This document shows positions 24,701 to 39,191 of a stretch of DNA of 64,000 bases, piece after piece. The notes below the pieces were generated by a model. The model did not search any database. It saw nothing but the letters and a program-made list of their open reading frames with translations, and was not told where the DNA came from. Position numbers and translations under genes: made by a program. Each line of letters starts with the position of its first letter. The first letter of the stretch is position 1. This DNA comes from Octopus bimaculoides (taxonomy: Eukaryota): contig NC_068986.1 in assembly GCF_001194135.2 (NCBI RefSeq), positions 37,756,761 through 37,820,760 of the forward strand, written 5' to 3'.

Positions 24701-27159
24701 TATACAAGGGTGTGTGTGTAGAAATATATATTTGCCTGTGCCTATGTAAATGTGTGAGTGCGCGCGTGCATGTTTGTGTACGTGCGTGTAAAAACGAGTA
24801 AAACTTCTTCGTGAATGTTTGTTTCCTCGATACTTTACTGCTTCATTTTGTTCTCTGTTTTGTTTTTGTCTTTTTTGTTTTGTTTTTACTTTTTCGCATG
24901 ATACAAGTTATTTTGTTTCTTTTATTTCTTCTTCAGAGATTAAAAACCCAAAACAAATACGTACAATACATCTATAAACGTCTGTCCATATACTCACATA
25001 CATAACTACGTACATACGTGGGGGGGGGGGGTTGGCTTTGTGTGTGTTTACTGCCATCCCTAATTTTATAATGCAACTTGTTCCTTGTGAATTTGTGGAC
25101 AAAATCCTTTTAAGCACAGATAAGAACAAGATAAATAGAATTAAAATATTAGAACTCTCCAAGACAGCTGTTAGCCTTATCAAACTTCAGTTGATTATTG
25201 TTTCACTTTCATTTCTGATTAGATAAGAACAAGATTCTGCTTTCCCTGCTTTTTTTCTTTTTCCTTTTTCTTCTTTGATTCCTCTGGGTGTTTTTTTTTT
25301 ATATCTTTGTATTTAGTAAAAAGTAAACTATAGAACTTTTCCCTACCTATTGAGTCACTTTGTTGTTTTGTTTATGCTGATGTGGCTGTAAATGAGTTTG
25401 TTGTTTTTGCTGTTGGTACTTATGATCGAAGGCGCTCCAACTATGTCCATCACTGTACGAGGGACAACACCGTCGAATGCATCCCCTCCTCTCTCGCTCT
25501 CTCTCCCTATAAATATATACATATAAAATTTAAAGAAAATGGAGATAACATTGATGAACAACAATTGGTTTGCATCAATTATTATTTATTAATAGTTTAC
25601 TAATTATCTATTTCAATTATTTATATATATATTATAAATAATAAAAGATAATAATTGATGCAAATCAATCGTTGTTCACCAATGTTATCTCCATTTTCTG
25701 TGGGGTTTTTTCTTAAATTTTGATTCCTGATAGACTGTTTGTCCTTGGCTTTACCTATTATTTATGAGCATAATATTTTTGCCCTTGTTTAAATATAGGT
25801 AATATACCGATAGTATTTTGGATACTTTTATCCCTAACCTCTAACTCAACTAACCTTATATATATATATATATATATNNNNNNNNNNNNNNNNNNNNNNN
25901 NNNNNNNNNNNNNNNNNNNNNNNNNNNNNNNNNNNNNNNNNNNNNNNNNNNNNNNNNNNNNNNNNNNNNNNNNNNNNNNNNNNNNNNNNNNNNNNNNNNN
26001 NNNNNNNNNNNNNNNNNNNNNNNNNNNNNNNNNNNNNNNNNNNNNNNNNNNNNNNNNNNNNNNNNNNNNNNNNNNNNNNNNNNNNNNNNNNNNNNNNNNN
26101 NNNNNNNNNNNNNNNNNNNNNNNNNNNNNNNNNNNNNNNNNNNNNNNNNNNNNNNNNNNNNNNNNNNNNNNNNNNNNNNNNNNNNNNNNNNNNNNNNNNN
26201 NNNNNNNNNNNNNNNNNNNNNNNNNNNNNNNNNNNNNNNNNNNNNNNNNNNNNNNNNNNNNNNNNNNNNNNNNNNNNNNNNNNNNNNNNNNNNNNNNNNN
26301 NNNNNNNNNNNNNNNNNNNNNNNNNNNNNNNNNNNNNNNNNNNNNNNNNNNNNNNNNNNNNNNNNNNNNNNNNNNNNNNNNNNNNNNNNNNNNNNNNNNN
26401 NNNNNNNNNNNNNNNNNNNNNNNNNNNNNNNNNNNNNNNNNNNNNNNNNNNNNNNNNNNNNNNNNNNNNNNNNNNNNNNNNNNNNNNNNNNNNNNNNNNN
26501 NNNNNNNNNNNNNNNNNNNNNNNNNNNNNNNNNNNNNNNNNNNNNNNNNNNNNNNNNNNNNNNNNNNNNNNNNNNNNNNNNNNNNNNNNNNNNNNNNNNN
26601 NNNNNNNNNNNNNNNNNNNNNNNNNNNNNNNNNNNNNNNNNNNNNNNNNNNNNNNNNNNNNNNNNNNNNNNNNNNNNNNNNNNNNNNNNNNNNNNNNNNN
26701 NNNNNNNNNNNNNNNNNNNNNNNNNNNNNNNNNNNNNCCACCACCACCACCACCACCACCACCACCTAGATTTAACCATTTAAAAATAATTAAAAAAATT
26801 AAATTTTCATGTTTATTTTTTGTTTCGTTTTTAGAAAATGTAAATTTGTAGCGTGTTTAATTTAATTTTTTTTTTTTTTTTGCGAGACAAAGATCTCCCG
26901 CCATTTTTAAAACGTTGGAATGCATTGTCATAATTGATGGCGCTGGTGTTGCTGTTCTGCGGCTCTTCTGAAATTTGAAAAAATAAAAAAAACTCCTGAT
27001 AAAGTGCCCAGAATCCACCAGAATGTAATGAGATTAAAATGTACCCGATATATATATAATGTACCCGTTGGAATGTATTTGTTATTGAAAGAAACGGAAG
27101 TAGGGAAATTGAAATAATTTGACTATGTAAGAGACGCCCAGACAACAACAACATTTTAG

Positions 27160-27425
27160 CATTGCCGCCACTACCACCAACACCAACACCACCACCGCCT
27201 ACACCACCACCAACACCACCACCAACACCACCACCACCAACACCACCGCCTACACCAACAATGCTACCATGGCTGCTGCTATTGGTGCTGCCATTGGTAT
27301 TGACATTACAGCTGTTATTGACGCTATTCTGCACATGTTGTTATTATTACTGCAGCTGTTCTTACTATTACAGTATCTCTTATTGCAGCAACTAACGTTG
27401 TTGTTGTTGTTGTTGTTGTTGTTGA
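27160..27425. repeat. Degenerate trinucleotide tract (ACC/GCT/GTT) contiguous with the tail of a D copy
   Basis: Seen directly; it is the source of the Gly/Asn-rich ORF 26831-27334. Confidence 0.8.
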
Positions 27426-27635
27426 TATTTAGCCCTAGGTCAATCCTGGTGCAGCAAATTTATAACCAGATTCATACAAGTCATTCTTATTGCGTGTATT
27501 TCCACTGCAAACTATATTAACCAATGGTCCTTATTTGTTTATTTATTTCTACAAAAACAAAATAGATAATAAGGTCTGGTCTGAAGGTGATTTGACTAAT
27601 GTTTCTAGCAGCAAAAGTAACCATGCAAAGGCTCC
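27410..27635 (-). mobile_element. Dispersed repeat D, reverse orientation
   Basis: The reverse complement reads ggagcctttgcatggtt..tgctagaaa..agtcaaatc...ttgacctagggctaaa..caacaacaac. Confidence 0.55.
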
Positions 27636-28023
27636 TTTGTTCTCTTGTAAACTGTGTTACTGTTGCTTCTATCACTGTTGTTACATTTAATACTACTTTT
27701 GTTTGATGATTGTTGCTGTTTAACCTTAAGTCAGCTTCAATCAAACAAGCCTTCAAAAAAGAATGCTAACTGTGACCTTCCCATCATTCATTCAGACACT
27801 GTCTATCACGAACCACACTATTCAATGTATCCTTTTTATTTAAGACGCAATACAGTGCTATATAAGAGAAATTTTGTTGGCCTTTCTAGGAAGTCGAGTA
27901 AGTGAGTGGAGTATATGTGGCCAAGTGAATGAGACACCAGCTTACAGAAACTGAGTTGAAATTCAAGAATTTCGCTGCATATGGTGTCCCATAACAGCGA
28001 GACACGTAATATTTGTTTATGTA

Positions 28024-28199
28024 CGAGGGGGTACCTCCCCACCAAAAAAATAAACGGAATTTTGCAATATTATTTTATTCACTTAGTTTTACATGTTTAC
28101 ATTTTTATCGCCTTCAAAGTATCCTCCATTTGAAGCAATGCATCGTTCCCGACGCATTTTCCTCTGCTCGAAGCAGTCCTAGAACTCTTACGAAGTGAT
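28024..28199 (-). pseudogene. Mariner transposon 3' end (transposase C-terminus plus TIR), running into an N-gap
   Basis: The minus strand reads ITS*EF*DCFEQRKMRRERCIASNGGYFEGD, matching the mariner F..CF.QW..RW..CI...G.YFEGD ending. The terminus TA|cgagggg is typical of mariner TIRs. Confidence 0.8.
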
Positions 28200-28852
28200 N
28201 NNNNNNNNNNNNNNNNNNNNNNNNNNNNNNNNNNNNNNNNNNNNNNNNNNNNNNNNNNNNNNNNNNNNNNNNNNNNNNNNNNNNNNNNNNNNNNNNNNNN
28301 NNNNNNNNNNNNNNNNNNNNNNNNNNNNNNNNNNNNNNNNNNNNNNNNNNNNNNNNNNNNNNNNNNNNNNNNNNNNNNNNNNNNNNNNNNNNNNNNNNNN
28401 NNNNNNNNNNNNNNNNNNNNNNNNNNNNNNNNNNNNNNNNNNNNNNNNNNNNNNNNNNNNNNNNNNNNNNNNNNNNNNNNNNNNNNNNNNNNNNNNNNNN
28501 NNNNNNNNNNNNNNNNNNNNNNNNNNNNNNNNNNNNNNNNNNNNNNNNNNNNNNNNNNNNNNNNNNNNNNNNNNNNNNNNNNNNNNNNNNNNNNNNNNNN
28601 NNNNNNNNNNNNNNNNNNNNNNNNNNNNNNNNNNNNNNNNNNNNNNNNNNNNNNNNNNNNNNNNNNNNNNNNNNNNNNNNNNNNNNNNNNNNNNNNNNNN
28701 NNNNNNNNNNNNNNNNNNNNNNNNNNNNNNNNNNNNNNNNNNNNNNNNNNNNNNNNNNNNNNNNNNNNNNNNNNNNNNNNNNNNNNNNNNNNNNNNNNNN
28801 NNNNNNNNNNNNNNNNNNNNNNNNNNNNNNNNNNNNNNNNNNNNNNNNNNNN

Positions 28853-29274
28853 GGCCCTTTGTGTTTGCAAACCATATGGTTCCGGGTTCAGACCCAATGC
28901 GTGACACCTTGTGTATGTCTTCTACAATAGCCTCGGGCCGACCATTGGCTTGTGAATGGACTTGGCAGACGGAAACTGAAAGAATCCCGTCGTATATGTA
29001 TATATGTATGTATATTTATGTGTGAGTGTGTAGGGGGGGGTGCCTTTGTGTCTGTGTTTGTTTTCTCACTGTCGCCTGACAACTGATGTCGGCGTATTTA
29101 CATCCCCGTAACTTAGCGGGTACAATAAGTACTAGGCTTACAAAGAATAAGTCCTAGGGTCGATTTCTGCGATTAAAACCCTTTAAGGCGGTACTCCAGC
29201 ATGGCCGCAGTCAAATGACTGAAACAAGTAAAGGAATAAAAGAATAAAAGAGCAAAAGAATAAAAGGATAAACG
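28853..29274 (+). mobile_element. SINE family A (5' tip lies in the gap)
   Basis: ccatatggttccgggttcag..tcttctacaatagcctcgggccgacc..ggaaactgaaagaa.cccgtcg, internal microsatellite, gcatggccgcagtcaaatgactgaaacaagtaaa, (A-rich)n tail. Confidence 0.92.
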
Positions 29275-29745
29275 AATCCCTCCTCTTCAAAGATGATAAT
29301 GTGAAATCTGCGTTTTAAACCGAGCAATCAGTAGAAGTTTGTTCGTTAGCTAACAGCGACGAACTCAACTTTTCTGATGAGCTTTGAGCAGGCAACAGAA
29401 AAATCATTGCCGTGTGACATACTTTGAATTTAGGTGTAAAAGGTGAGGAAAAAGGAGGGGGGGAAATAAATGAAGAGAAAAGTTACTTAGAAAGTATCGC
29501 CATAAAAAATGCTGAGATATTAAAATGTAACAAATAACAAAAGCCATAAAAACAAAAGCATCGACAACTACAACAAGCAACATTGACGACAATAAAAACC
29601 AAAATGCCAGTTATGTTTTGTTGATGGCGTTACTTTTGATTGACAGACTTTGGATTAGAGTTTAGATATGTTTAACAAGCCGCCATTATGTTAAAATATG
29701 TGAATCTTTGCAATCAGAAAAATATACGAACAATAGATACACTGA

Positions 29746-29749
29746 GAAA

Positions 29750-29781
<32 letters not shown>

Positions 29782-29800
29782 CAAAGAAAGAAACAAAGAT

Positions 29801-29839
<39 letters not shown>

Positions 29840-29840
29840 A
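29746..29840. repeat. (AAAG)n microsatellite
   Basis: Seen directly in the sequence. Confidence 0.95.
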
Positions 29841-30133
29841 TTGTAAACACTTGAAATGTTGTGGTGACATCTCTTTAGAAAACGATTGTCAATAGGTTGT
29901 CATAGTGGCACAAACACAGAAGAAACAAATAGAGAAGGAATAATGGTGAAATGAGAGGGGGTGGGGGGAATGAATGTATATTAAAAGAATGTAATCTTGT
30001 AGTTTTGACAAAGTTTATTGCTACGGAACAACGATGTTTCCATATTGCTTTCATTGCCTTAACAATGAGATAGATGGCATATGAATATGATTGACCTTTT
30101 AACCTTCAAATTACGATTTTTTACGTTATTTCT

Positions 30134-30180
<47 letters not shown>

Positions 30181-30806
30181 CTTTTTTTACTTGAGTTGAC
30201 ACTATACATTTGTCCGACTATATCTACCTGTCTCGGATTTTATCCTATTTATCTGTAAAAGTTGCCTCTTTCTCCTCCCCTTTGCTTTATTTATCTGTCT
30301 GTCTTAGAGCCCCCTTTCTTTCCTTTCCTTCCTTTTTCTTCTTCCCTCTCTTTCTCTCGCTCAAATTACGTTTATATTTACAAATGAAAGAAGAAGGAGT
30401 ACTCAATACATATTGTAGAGTTTATACTTTCTTAGAAATAAGTCTATGGTTATTCCATTGCTTGGCAGATGCAGATTTTCGAGCACTATATATACGCATG
30501 ATAGATCAGTCGGACAGTATAGTATCTTGCACAAAGCTCTTATTGTCCCAGATCGACTCAATTCTCACTACCGAAGTTACGTTGACAAAAACTGTGCGGA
30601 TGGCCGTCAGATAGTTTGTACTTGTGAGCCAAAGACCCAGGCTTGTTACACACACTATCACACGATTTCTGACTTAGCATGACGTTAATGGTAGACGTGA
30701 ATGTTGAACTCTCAACCACTAAAACACTAACTTGACTGATCAACCTACAAACCGATGGAAGTCCATTTATTTACCACTCCCATACTCACTCTCATACCTT
30801 CTTTCT

Positions 30807-30861
<55 letters not shown>

Positions 30862-31475
30862 CATACATCCATACAAACACACACACGCACACACACGCAC
30901 ATATATAGACACATACATTTATATATANNNNNNNNNNNNNNNNNNNNNNNNNNNNNNNNNNNNNNNNNNNNNNNNNNNNNNNNNNNNNNNNNNNNNNNNN
31001 NNNNNNNNNNNNNNNNNNNNNNNNNNNNNNNNNNNNNNNNNNNNNNNNNNNNNNNNNNNNNNNNNNNNNNNNNNNNNNNNNNNNNNNNNNNNNNNNNNNN
31101 NNNNNNNNNNNNNNNNNNNNNNNNNNNNNNNNNNNNNNNNNNNNNNNNNNNNNNNNNNNNNNNNNNNNNNNNNNNNNNNNNNNNNNNNNNNNNNNNNNNN
31201 NNNNNNNNNNNNNNNNNNNNNNNNNNNNNNNNNNNNNNNNNNNNNNNNNNNNNNNNNNNNNNNNNNNNNNNNNNNNNNNNNNNNNNNNNNNNNNNNNNNN
31301 NNNNNNNNNNNNNNNNNNNNNNNNNNNNNNNNNNNNNNNNNNNNNNNNNNNNNNNNNNNNNNNNNNNNNNNNNNNNNNNNNNNNNNNNNNNNNNNNNNNN
31401 NNNNNNNNNNNNNNNATACACTCCTGCATACATACTTACATACATACATACATACATGTACATACATGCAGGCAC

Positions 31476-31523
<48 letters not shown>

Positions 31524-32261
31524 TCTGGCAATGTTATGTCCCTTCTACTGTATTTAAATAGTTTAGAGGTTGAGATATGCTTTTCTGACATGTATGTCTA
31601 CCGATTAGATTACTTCTAACCCTTGTTTGGGGTCTTTGTGATAAGGGTATCATGTTCAGAGTACGGTGCCGCCATGCATTTAAGGGGTTTCCCCCACAGA
31701 AAACTCATTGATTTCCTTTAACTTACAACCTGCTTGCATATCTGTGAATCTACCTAGCTAGCCATCCATTTATCTATTAGTATACATCTGTATAAACACA
31801 AACATATATGCATATATGTAGGCGTCCGTACATACATGTATGTGTGTAGAGAGAGAGTGAGAGAGTGAGAGATGTCTGTGTGTGTGTTTGCTTGTTTGTG
31901 CGGGGGAGATATTTGTGTTTGTGATTCACTAAGTACAAGATAATATATCATTTCTTTTGTATATATTTGACTGCTTCTATCTGTTTTGAGTTGTTTGTCT
32001 GAGATCTTGTAAATAGTACAGAAAACAAATCAAAACAAAAATATGAAATTACCTCCACACACACATATAGGGCCCTCGTCCATACATACACAAACACAGA
32101 CATTGTTTAGTGTGTATACACACCTGTTCATCGATATAAGCAGAAGATATAATTTCACCTGAGGTACGGTTTTGTTTTGACAGAATCGTTAGAACGCAAA
32201 AGTTTTGGGCCTTGTGCCTAGAGTAGAAAAAGAAACGTTGGAACGCAGGACACAATTCATT

Positions 32262-32650
32262 GCGTTATTTCTTCCTGCTCTTTACCTTCTGAGTTCAAAT
32301 CTCGCCGATGTCAACTTACTTTTAATCCTCCTGGGCTTGTCTGAATTGCGTGTAGAGCGACTAAACAGCTTTTGCACTCGTTCAGTTGACTTGCAAAGTC
32401 ATAAAGAACAGCTACTATGATTTGTCGGATGGATCTGGTTGTCAGCTGAATCCATACTAATCATTACCCTGTCACCCTTCTTTAACCGGACAAGGAAGGT
32501 AGTTTTCCTCTGTCTAGTGGTTATAGAGAGAAAGGTTGTGTGATTGACGAGACTGAAAGATATGAGGACAGAGACTTTCTTCTTTGGTAGAGCCCACATC
32601 GACTTTTTCAAGTTGTACTTGAAAAGGAATGCGAGAATGGGGAGACTGAT

Positions 32651-32702
<52 letters not shown>

Positions 32703-32830
32703 CTGCAGCAGCAACAACAGCAGCAGCATTCCGTCGTGGTGTACTTTGACTCTCATCCTTTCGGATGTCGATAAATTAAGTACCAGTTAACTACTAGGAT
32801 CGATATGAGCAACCATTTCCCTTCCCCTAA
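32262..32830 (+). mobile_element. SINE family C pieces separated by about 400 bp of other sequence
   Basis: ttctgagttcaaatctcgccgatgtcaact at about 32266-32300, and catcctttcggatgtcgataaattaagtaccagtt..ccctaaaattt at about 32755-32833. Confidence 0.6.
32651..32728. repeat. (TAG)n-(CAG/CAA)n microsatellite
   Basis: Seen directly in the sequence. Confidence 0.95.
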
Positions 32831-33094
32831 AATTTATCATTTATCCCTAGAGTCATCCTATGTCAGGAGGGCTTCATCTCTATCATCCTCCCCACCACCA
32901 ACTTTTTTTTTTAACCTTTGTACACCATGAATATGTCCATTCTTTTTCCGTATATATCGCGTATACTGACTTTTTTTTATCATTTCATTATATGTAAAGC
33001 TTCACACTTTATGTCTGTCTTTGTATTGTTCCTCTCATTCTTCCCCCTTGTGGCAAATAAATGAAATCTTTATTATTATTATTATTATTATTAT

Positions 33095-33138
<44 letters not shown>

Positions 33139-33707
33139 TTCAATACGACTTGTTGGTTCCCCTAATTTTTTTTTTTTCATTCCTATTTCCTCAATTGCCA
33201 TTCAAGTAATAACTTTTAATGATGTGACATAATAAGATTATACTTTCCAGTATAATCCCTATGGGTTTTCTCGCAAAGAATACGCCCCTTGGAAGAACTA
33301 CATAACAAGCGTAGCTGTAACACACTGTCGCACATGTGTCTGTGTGTGCATATGTCTGTGTCGATGTGTATACGTGTATTTGTGCAGTAGAGGGTTGTAT
33401 GTGCGTCTATGCATGTCTCTGTTGCGTATTTCTTATTTTCTTTCAATATTGGAAAGTTTTGCGGGGATTATTTTCATAGAAAATACAAGACGGCCATTTC
33501 TATTGTACTTGCACTCGTGTAAGACAAGCATCTCGATCAACAGGATATACATACATACATACATACATACATACATACATACATACGTACATACATACAC
33601 ACGCGCACATACATACATACATACATACATACATACCTACATACATACATACATATACATATGCATATACATATACACAGTTACACACATATATATATGT
33701 AGATATA

Positions 33708-33763
<56 letters not shown>

Positions 33764-33912
33764 AGAGAGTGTGTGTATATATATTTTTTTTGCCTATATG
33801 GCTTTTATGCTTGCGGCCACTAACNNNNNNNNNNNNNNNNNNNNNNNNNNNNNNNNNNNNNNNNNNNNNNNNNNNNNNNNNNNTATAGAGAGAGAGAGAG
33901 AGAGAGAGATAA

Positions 33913-34066
33913 GACGGGCTTCTTTCAGTTTCCGTCTACAAAATCCACTCACACGACCTTGGTCGGCCCGAGGCTATAATAGAAGACGCTTGCTCAAGGT
34001 GCCAGGCGTTGGGATTGAGCCTAAAACCATGTAGTTTGGAAGCAAGCTTCTTATCACACAGCCACA
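33913..34066 (-). mobile_element. SINE family A, 5' half (internal microsatellite and gap to its left)
   Basis: gacgggcttctttcagtttccgtctac.aaatccactcac..ttggtcggcccgaggcta.a.tagaagac.cttgc.caaggtgcca. Confidence 0.88.
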
Positions 34067-34772
34067 CATTAAAGCACATATATATAATAGAAATACAGTT
34101 TCGACACCTTGAATCATGCGTATACTGGACCGGGGTTGATCTACGGCTAATCAACAACAAAATTTGCTACAAACAAATACATTTTCATGCATAATCTCAT
34201 GGTCGGCTTCCATCATCGTTTAGTAACTCACAAATGACAAAGTGGACTTCCGCTGTTTCCACTGTCTGCCAAGAGGATCCTTGAGCTAACAAACGTCTGT
34301 TTCTTCTCTGTGTGTATTCTTCACCATTATCTGAGTTTAACCAGTCCCTTCGCTGCTTCATGGCTACGCAGATAATGAATAATGATTCACTTGTCTTCAT
34401 TTTTTTCGCGTGGGGGGGGGGACTTATAGACTTATTCATATAAACATGAACGCACACACGTATGAACATACAAACACACAAGTATATAAACACACAAATG
34501 CATATATAAATTCACGCATATATGTACACATATACATACTAGTGCAGATACACATGCACACGTACTCCCGTTAATAGCAGATGTACCTTTAGGGTGTATT
34601 AATTGTGATATATATGTTATATACATGTGTATGAGTGGAGTTATGGACAGATAGAGAGATAGATAGGGAGAGAAAGAGAGAGAGATACATACATGCAGGT
34701 AGGCATGTATGCATATATACATAAAACAATGTGGACGCACACAAAGACACACACGCACACATACGTACATAA

Positions 34773-34804
<32 letters not shown>

Positions 34805-34829
34805 ACACGCACACACATATATATATATA

Positions 34830-34898
34830 CGAGAGGATGAAGAAAAGTTCCTAGCTTTAAGGGTTTCGCGGAAGGCCTGGTTGGAGGCTCAACTTTCC
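34830..34898 (+). mobile_element. Internally deleted mariner-derived element end, running into an N-gap
   Basis: A TA|cgag....aaaagttcc mariner-type terminus is joined almost directly to AWLEAQLS, which resembles the mariner C-terminal W(L)..QP..FF segment. Confidence 0.5.
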
Positions 34899-35654
34899 NN
34901 NNNNNNNNNNNNNNNNNNNNNNNNNNNNNNNNNNNNNNNNNNNNNNNNNNNNNNNNNNNNNNNNNNNNNNNNNNNNNNNNNNNNNNNNNNNNNNNNNNNN
35001 NNNNNNNNNNNNNNNNNNNNNNNNNNNNNNNNNNNNNNNNNNNNNNNNNNNNNNNNNNNNNNNNNNNNNNNNNNNNNNNNNNNNNNNNNNNNNNNNNNNN
35101 NNNNNNNNNNNNNNNNNNNNNNNNNNNNNNNNNNNNNNNNNNNNNNNNNNNNNNNNNNNNNNNNNNNNNNNNNNNNNNNNNNNNNNNNNNNNNNNNNNNN
35201 NNNNNNNNNNNNNNNNNNNNNNNNNNNNNNNNNNNNNNNNNNNNNNNNNNNNNNNNNNNNNNNNNNNNNNNNNNNNNNNNNNNNNNNNNNNNNNNNNNNN
35301 NNNNNNNNNNNNNNNNNNNNNNNNNNNNNNNNNNNNNNNNNNNNNNNNNNNNNNNNNNNNNNNNNNNNNNNNNNNNNNNNNNNNNNNNNNNNNNNNNNNN
35401 NNNNNNNNNNNNNNNNNNNNNNNNNNNNNNNNNNNNNNNNNNNNNNNNNNNNNNNNNNNNNNNNNNNNNNNNNNNNNNNNNNNNNNNNNNNNNNNNNNNN
35501 NNNNNNNNNNNNNNNNNNNNNNNNNNNNNNNNNNNNNNNNNNNNNNNNNNNNNNNNNNNNNNNNNNNNNNNNNNNNNNNNNNNNNNNNNNNNNNNNNNNN
35601 NNNNNNNNNNNNNNNNNNNNNNNNNNNNNNNNNNNNNNNNNNNNNNNNNNNNNN

Positions 35655-35689
<35 letters not shown>

Positions 35690-36113
35690 ATATATCCGCA
35701 CACACTTAGACATACATATGGAAGGGTGTTACCCTACATATTCAACTTCATTTCCAACAGTTCACATCTTATCTTATATTTCATCGTTTTTTTCTTTTTC
35801 AAATATCTCATTATTTTTCTACACTACATTGATTCTACGCATATCTCTGTCTCTCTTATTCTCTCTCTCCCTCCCTCTCGCTCTCTCGCTCTCTCTATCT
35901 ATCTATCTATCTATTTATCTATCCCTATCTCTCTCGTTCTTTCTTTCTCCCTCTGTCTCTCTTTATCTATCTGTCTATCTTATCTGTTCGCCACACATAC
36001 ACAAATACATAATATGTGCAGGCGTACTCATAGGCATACATGTACATACAAATATACACATGCATACACACATACTTGTAGATATATATGTATGTACACT
36101 AACATGCAGACAC

Positions 36114-36166
<53 letters not shown>

Positions 36167-37135
36167 TACACACTTACATACACATGTGCATTCATATATA
36201 CTGACTGTTCATATTCATTTGCACACATACACGCACATGCAAACACATATACATAAATACATACACACGTGCGCGCCCATGGATGCATAAATACACAAGC
36301 ACATGCACACACGCACACACATACACACATATACATACATACAAATATACATATGTACTAACATACCTACCTACATACACACATACATATATGCACGCGT
36401 ATATATATATACATGCATACCTGAATTCATACCTACCAACCTACTTACATACATACACACCCTTACATAAATGCATACATAAATGTATACATGCAAGCCC
36501 ATATATANNNNNNNNNNNNNNNNNNNNNNNNNNNNNNNNNNNNNNNNNNNNNNNNNNNNNNNNNNNNNNNNNNNNNNNNNNNNNNNNNNNNNNNNNNNNN
36601 NNNNNNNNNNNNNNNNNNNNNNNNNNNNNNNNNNNNNNNNNNNNNNNNNNNNNNNNNNNNNNNNNNNNNNNNNNNNNNNNNNNNNNNNNNNNNNNNNNNN
36701 NNNNNNNNNNNNNNNNNNNNNNNNNNNNNNNNNNNNNNNNNNNNNNNNNNNNNNNNNNNNNNNNNNNNNNNNNNNNNNNNNNNNNNNNNNNNNNNNNNNN
36801 NNNNNNNNNNNNNNNNNNNNNNNNNNNNNNNNNNNNNNNNNNNNNNNNNNNNNNNNNNNNNNNNNNNNNNNNNNNNNNNNNNNNNNNNNNNNNNNNNNNN
36901 NNNNNNNNNNNNNNNNNNNNNNNNNNNNNNNNNNNNNNNNNNNNNNNNNNNNNNNNNNNNNNNNNNNNNNNNNNNNNNNNNNNNNNNNNNNNNNNNNNNN
37001 NNNNNNNNNNNNNNNNNNNNNNNNNNNNNNNNNNNNNNNNNNNNNNNNNNNNNNNNNNNNNNNNNNNNNNNNNNNNNNNNNNNNNNNNNNNNNNNNNNNN
37101 NNNNNNNNNNNNNNNNNNNNNNNNNNNNNNNNNNN

Positions 37136-37148
37136 TAATATCATTATT

Positions 37149-37202
<54 letters not shown>

Positions 37203-37230
37203 ATTATTATTATTATTATTATTATCATCA

Positions 37231-37289
<59 letters not shown>

Positions 37290-37290
37290 G
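37136..37290. repeat. (TTG)n-(TTA)n microsatellite
   Basis: Seen directly in the sequence. Confidence 0.97.
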
Positions 37291-37818
37291 CACGAGATTC
37301 ATTAATAACCAGCTAAGCACCTCTTTACAACATAACTTATTGTTAGACGCTTCCTTTGGCACCCAATCAGGATTTAATAGAGTCGTGGTCTTCTCTAGAG
37401 ACTAGAAAGAGAGAGGGAGATAGAGAGAGAGAGGGGGAGAGAGTGAGGAAGAGGAAGAACAAGAAGGAGAGAGAATATGAGATGGAGGGACATAGCCCCT
37501 CTCCTCCTCTCATCCCACAATTCTACGACCATTACTGCCTGCCCTCGCTAAACTATTATCATTATCACTTTCGCTGCCACCATTTTTTAGCTATGAATCA
37601 AATTGCTCAGACACACACATATATACACACACATATATATACACACACATATATATACACACGCACATACTCAGACGTATTGCATATGCGCACATACATG
37701 TATATACGTGCAGATATATATATACACATATGTATATGTATTTACATACATCTCTATATAAACATTCATATATTCATACATATATACATATATACATATA
37801 TGTACATATATATACAAT

Positions 37819-37871
<53 letters not shown>

Positions 37872-38015
37872 ATATATATATATAGTGAACGATTTCAGAA
37901 TATAATACACACACTCATATATAAATATATTTATGTGTTTATAAATGTGTGTGAGTGTATTTTTATATATGTACATAAATACATATATACGCATTTACAT
38001 GTATGGGTGTGTATG

Positions 38016-38081
<66 letters not shown>

Positions 38082-38885
38082 TGCATTCATACATACCTGT
38101 ATCATCCTCATCCACTTCCTCTTCCGCAACATCATCATCATCACGATGTTACACTGTGCCAAAGACCACCACTTTGACACATTCTTCCTCCGTGATAGAA
38201 TGAAATCGGTTGTCTTGGAGAATATGGATAAGCTTAGTAGGTTCTACGACGTTCTCACAGGCTTCGTACAACTGAGAGAAAGAGGGAGGGAGGGGGAAGA
38301 CAGAGATGGAGACAAATAAAATCACCGACTCAGAGAGAGAGAGAAGGTGGAAGGGAGGGAGGGAGAGAAAAAAGAAAGAAACAAAGGAATGTAGAAAAAG
38401 TTGAGGCGAAGAACCGATCCGAGTATTTGGTTGCGGTTTTTATTTATTGATTCAGGAAGGATGAAAAGCAATGTTGACCTCAGCGGGATTTGAACTCAGA
38501 AAGCAAAGAGCCGGAACCGGAACGCAAAGTGCGCTACATTTGTCAAACACTCTAATGATTCTGTTATTCGACCGGGCGTGTGAGTGCATGCACACTTGGG
38601 TGAGTATGCTACGTATATGTGCGCGCGCGCGCGCGCGTGTGTGTTGTATGCATTATATATTATATGAGCAGATACTTTATTATATATACATGTTAGGGAT
38701 GGTACCTAAGAAGAATGTTTAGAGCGTCGAACAAAGTGCCGTGTATTATCTAGCGACGATTCTACATTCTGCGTTCATACCTTGGCTCGACTTTCCCTTT
38801 CATCTTTCCATGAAGTTCTAGATTGTTCTCCTCTTGAAATTTTCAACCTTGCACCTATGTAAGAAATCAATATGTAATACACCAG

Positions 38886-39184
<299 letters not shown>

Positions 39185-39191
39185 ACGTGAA

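Noticed and set aside
26831-27334. 167-aa Asn/Ser/Gly-rich ORF on the minus strand
   Set aside because: Its first half is a degenerate trinucleotide tract contiguous with the (AAC)n tail of repeat D. The frame runs through poly-T/poly-A, and there is no recognisable domain.
30210-30682. Two overlapping plus-strand ORFs (134 aa and 78 aa)
   Set aside because: The first starts in a CT-rich tract, neither has a recognisable motif, and there is no convincing acceptor/donor pair.
34197-34400. SDNGEEY motif resembling a retroviral-type integrase core (minus ORF 34197-34493)
   Set aside because: Only a short motif matches, and the expected downstream P..P..NG..ER segment is absent.
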